Source: the human T2T-CHM13v2.0 reference genome, Homo sapiens. Taken from it: a stretch of DNA of 64,000 bases. Below are positions 60,088-64,000 of this stretch, piece after piece. A program made the position numbers and the translations under genes. Position 1 is the first letter of the stretch, and the number at the start of each line of letters is the position of its first letter. The notes below the pieces were generated by a model. The model saw only the letters and a list, made by a program, of their open reading frames with translations, was not told the DNA's origin and made no database searches. The stretch is from the NCBI RefSeq assembly GCF_009914755.1, contig NC_060935.1; one strand, written 5' to 3'.

Positions 60088-61041
60088 GGGTTCATATATA
60101 CATAAACAGAAAGTAAACACAGAACTTTAAAAGCATGTCTTTTAAAAAAATTTTATTTTTATCATTATATTAATAAATTCTTAAATGTGAACAATTAATT
60201 TTATCTTATAAAGGCATACTGATTATTCATTTATTTCTTTATAAAAATAGATAAATGATAACAATTATCCTTAGAAAAGTTCAAGTAAATGGAAAAATTA
60301 TTTATAATTATTTAGTTCTTTAGTCTCACAGATTTTTGCCTATCAGTTATTTAATTAGCATCCTGTTGTCTATTTGATTATGAGGAAAAGGCCAAAATAA
60401 TTTGATGTTTTATTTGTTAAGTAAAAAAAAAAAAAGATATATTAATGCTACTTCTTTTGCAGGAAAATGTCAAACCAGATGACCTACTTTCTCAGCAGGC
60501 TCAAACTGTTTCTTAAGAAAATGGCACAGTTATCCAAATACTACAGCTCAGTCCTTTCACAGGACTTCTTAGAAGAAATTCATTAAAGCCACTGGAAAAA
60601 AAAAAACAGGATTTTCTGCGAAGTGATACCGTGATGAGCTGACTAACGATGTGATAATGTCTGAACGTGATTTTCTACCAGTAGGAGATATATCTTAATT
60701 AACACAAGCTTTTGTAGACCTTCATCCACTCTTTCTTTCTCCCATTCAATCAACAAAAAGATTATGAGGCCCTTAGACCTGGATGACATACTGCACACAA
60801 TTATATTAATTTGCATTCTCTGGTTAATCAACTGTGACACAATATACTTAATTATTTGAAAACAAAGATGAGAAAATTAAAATCCTCTTTCAATTTCTAA
60901 TTGAAACTTTTTCTACATCTTTTTGTGACCAAGATGTTTCATTTTCTCCTTTGCAGAAAATGACCAATCTCTAATCCACCCCAATATGCAGAATATACCA
61001 AATGCAATAAGGATTTACATAACAATAAAAAGCAGTAGGCA

Positions 61042-61126
61042 TTTTTTTTTTTTTTTTTTTGAGATGGAGTCTTGCTCTGTCACCCTGGATGGAGTGCAGT
61101 GGCATGATCTCAGCTCACTGCAACTT
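61042..61126 (-). mobile_element. Heavily 5'-truncated Alu (~65 nt plus tail)
   Basis: TSD agcagta[g/t]gca (61031-61041 / 61127-61137). Confidence 0.85.
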
Positions 61127-61984
61127 AGCAGTATGCAAACCTATTCCTGGGATGAGAAGAAAATAAAACCTCTTACCACTACAAAAAAAAGAAAGAAAAA
61201 AATATATAAAAAACAAAAGTAACAATGATTAATGCTATTCTTGTATAACCTAAAGATCCTTTGCATCTAGAGATGTGATCACTGTCACATAATTAGTTTT
61301 TTTAACAGCAACCTAAGAAAGACCTATTGTTTGCTAGAGAGACCCAGACAGGTTTTGCCAATTCCAAATCATTGTTTTCCTTCAGGTAATCCCCCTTCCC
61401 TAACTGCCTCTCTATAACCTCCTCTATAAAAATGAATATTTTAACTGTTTTGAGTATTAGATTTTTCAGGGTAATAAAAGAAGTCATATAAAATATTTCT
61501 AAGAGAGACAGTATTTCCCTAAACAAAAGGTACTTGAACAGAAGTTCTTTGCATTTTTATTAATAGGTTAATTTTTTTATCTTTCTGTTAATGCTCACAT
61601 TATACTAATTTGCCAGTTTTAATTTTTTTTAAATGGCATCAAAACGAAATCCTTAAAGGACATTAAAGATTAAGACTCTATTAAAGTCTTTACCTTAGTT
61701 TTAAGAACACCTAGTATATTGTAACCTATTAATAGTATTAGAAGTTATATTGCAAGGAATCAGACAGTACTTCATACCCCAAAAAGGGTCAATAAGATGA
61801 ATGCACCATAATATCGATATTATTTCACATTGTTTTGGCAATATAGGCTGAGGATTACTTCTTAATGCAGGAAATATTATCAGAGAGTATACATGAGAAA
61901 GGAGATACCAAAGGACAAATCTTTCTTCACTCATACAGTCTGCAGTATTTAGCAGCAACAGGTCATAAGAGAAAAGACACCGTT

Positions 61985-62160
61985 GCCAAGTAGATCTTAA
62001 GTATTCTTACCACACACAACAAAGGTAACTATTTGAGGTGATAAATACGTTAATTAGCTTGAGTGTGGTAATCACTTCACAATGCATATGTATACCAGAG
62101 ATATGTACTCCCTGAAAATACATAATTTTACTTGTCAATTATACCTAAATAAAGCAGAAA
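61985..62160 (+). mobile_element. L1MA/MB 3' terminal fragment
   Basis: agtagatcttaagtattcttaccacac...gtcaattatacctaaataaagc. Confidence 0.75.
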
Positions 62161-62346
62161 AGAAATTCTCTTGGAAAAAGAAAAAATAAAAGAAACAACA
62201 CTCAACTGGTTGTCAGAGAGCCTGAGTTCTTGACCTTAGTCTGCCTCTATTCTTAATTCCTTTTCTGAACTCACAACTGAGTCAGATGAGTTCAGTGATC
62301 TTTAAGCCACCTTTTAACTTTGAGTTGCTTAAAAAATATTTGCTTA

Positions 62347-63287
62347 TATTCTCAAACTTTGCATCTGACAAAGGACTAGTTTCCAGAATCTACAAGGAAT
62401 TAAAACAAATCAACAAGAAAAAAACAAATAATCCCATCAAAAAGTGGACAAAGGACTTGAGCAGACATTTCTCAAAAGAAGACATACAACAGCTAACAAA
62501 CATGAAAAAATGGCCAACATCACTAATCATCAGGGAAATGCAAATTAAAATCACGATGAGATGCTACCTTACTACTGCAAGAATGGCCACAATTAAAAAG
62601 TCTAAAAACAATAGATGTTGGTATGGATGTGGTAAAAAGGGAACACTTTTACACTGCTGATGGGAATGTAAATTAGTGCAAATGACTATGTACAATACAT
62701 GGAGATTCCTTAAAGAACTTAAAGTAAAACAACCATTCAGTCCAGCAATCTCACTACTAGGTATCTACCCAAAGGAAAAGAAGTCATTACATGAAAAAGA
62801 CACAGGCACATGCATGTTTACAGCAGCACAATTCACAACAATAAAGATATGGAACCAACCTAAGCACCCATCAACTAACAAGTAGATAAAGAAAATGTGG
62901 TATACATACAACATGGAATACTACTCAGCCATAAAAAGGAACAAAATAATGTCTTTTGCAGCAACTTGGATGGAGCTGGAGGCCATTATTGTAAGTGAAG
63001 TAACTCAGGAATGGAAAACTAAATATCCTGTGTTCTCACTTATAAGTGAGAGCTAAGCTAACCTTTGAGGACTCAAAGACATAAGAAAGATATAATGAAT
63101 TTTAAGAACTCTGGAGCGGGAATGTTAGAAGTCGGGTGAGGGATAAAAAACTACATATTGGGTACAGTGTACATTGCTTGGGTGATGGGTGCACTAAAAT
63201 CTCAAAAATCACCACTAAAGAATTTATACATGGAACCAAAATCTACCTGTACCCCAAAAACTATTGAAACAAAACAAAACAAAAAAG
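62347..63287 (+). mobile_element. 5'-truncated L1 (L1PB-type), ORF2 C-terminus plus 3'UTR
   Basis: [15 protein letters not shown]...NNRCW; TSD aatatttgctta (62335-62346 / 63288-63299). Confidence 0.9.
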
Positions 63288-63472
63288 AATATTTGCTTAA
63301 GGAATGAAAAGAAATCTTAATTAAAGTCACTGAAAGGGAGTGGGGCCACATGTCTTTGTTTGACTGAGACTATTCTGGTTTATGCCTGCTGTCCTAGCAT
63401 CCTGCTCCATTTCATATTCACATGAGATTTTATTTTTAATTAAATATTAATAAGAAAATAAGCTAGGGGTCA

Positions 63473-63887
63473 TGTAGTTGATACAGAGAAGTATCCCCCA
63501 AGTGCCTCTTCAGTGAAGAACTTGTTGCCCAGCTGTGGAGAGCGCAGTTGGCAGGCAATCTCCATCTGTCACTTCCATCAGGGTCGGCCTCAGATGCAAA
63601 GCAAATACCTCTCACAGAGCAGCTCACATCCATTGACTGAACAAGGCAAGGATATTTCAGCACTACACAGGCAACTCTGATGGGCAATATTTGCTCTAGT
63701 TCTTCCCACCAATTTGGCTGGGCTTTGTTGAACCTGCCTTGTTTCAAATTCTTCCTTCCCCCAAACCCTCTTTGTTCTCTTTCCTGTCATGGGTATTGAT
63801 CCCTAATAAGCATTTTACATTACACACAGACACAGACACACACACACACACACACACACACCTTCTAGCTAATCCAACCTGAAACAC
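63473..63887 (+). mobile_element. LTR16-family LTR with internal (CA)n at ~63822-63861
   Basis: tgtagttgatac...catccattgactg...caactctgatggg...ccctaataag...ccaacctgaaaca. Confidence 0.6.
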
Positions 63888-64000
63888 AGGTGCTTCATAG
63901 ATCTCCACTTTGTACTGAGAACTTCTACCAAGTTCTCGGCTACTGTGGGGTGTGATGCATGTGCATGTGTTTAAGTAGAATAAAGATCAGCAATAAATCA

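Noticed and set aside
60440-60960. Two strong-looking + strand splice acceptors (cttcttttgcag, ttctcctttgcag)
   Set aside because: No matching donors or coding frame identified; such motifs are common by chance in AT-rich introns

Overview
AT-rich, repeat-dense primate (most likely human) genomic DNA, not prokaryotic. The minus strand carries the last six coding exons of NADPH oxidase 4 (NOX4; exons 13-18 if the canonical 18-exon numbering applies). All six have GT-AG splice sites and consistent phases, and they translate into the intact C-terminal dehydrogenase region ending ...RFEYNKESFS*. A ~2.4 kb 3'UTR follows. The ORF track misses these exons. About 5 kb past the NOX4 poly(A) site is a full-length ~6.0 kb L1PA2-type LINE-1 (minus strand, 16-bp target-site duplication). 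Its ORF1 and ORF2 are each broken by a single nonsense change, but its antisense ORF0 is intact and points into the NOX4 3'UTR. The rest is Alus, old L1/L2/MIR fragments, LTRs (THE1, MLT1, LTR16, MER21/77-like) and DNA transposons (Tigger1, MER58A, MER5, MER47-like, MER82-like). From recalled gene order, the left part should be the TYR-NOX4 intergenic region of 11q14; no TYR exon is visible. I found no convincing new biological system. The best leads are (i) the L1 antisense promoter/ORF0 aimed at the NOX4 3' end, (ii) five short direct-repeat 'doublets' 0.75-1.4 kb apart that look like local templated insertions, and (iii) alternative poly(A) signals that partition miRNA seed sites. Repeat subfamily names are from memory of consensus sequences and need RepeatMasker/Dfam confirmation.
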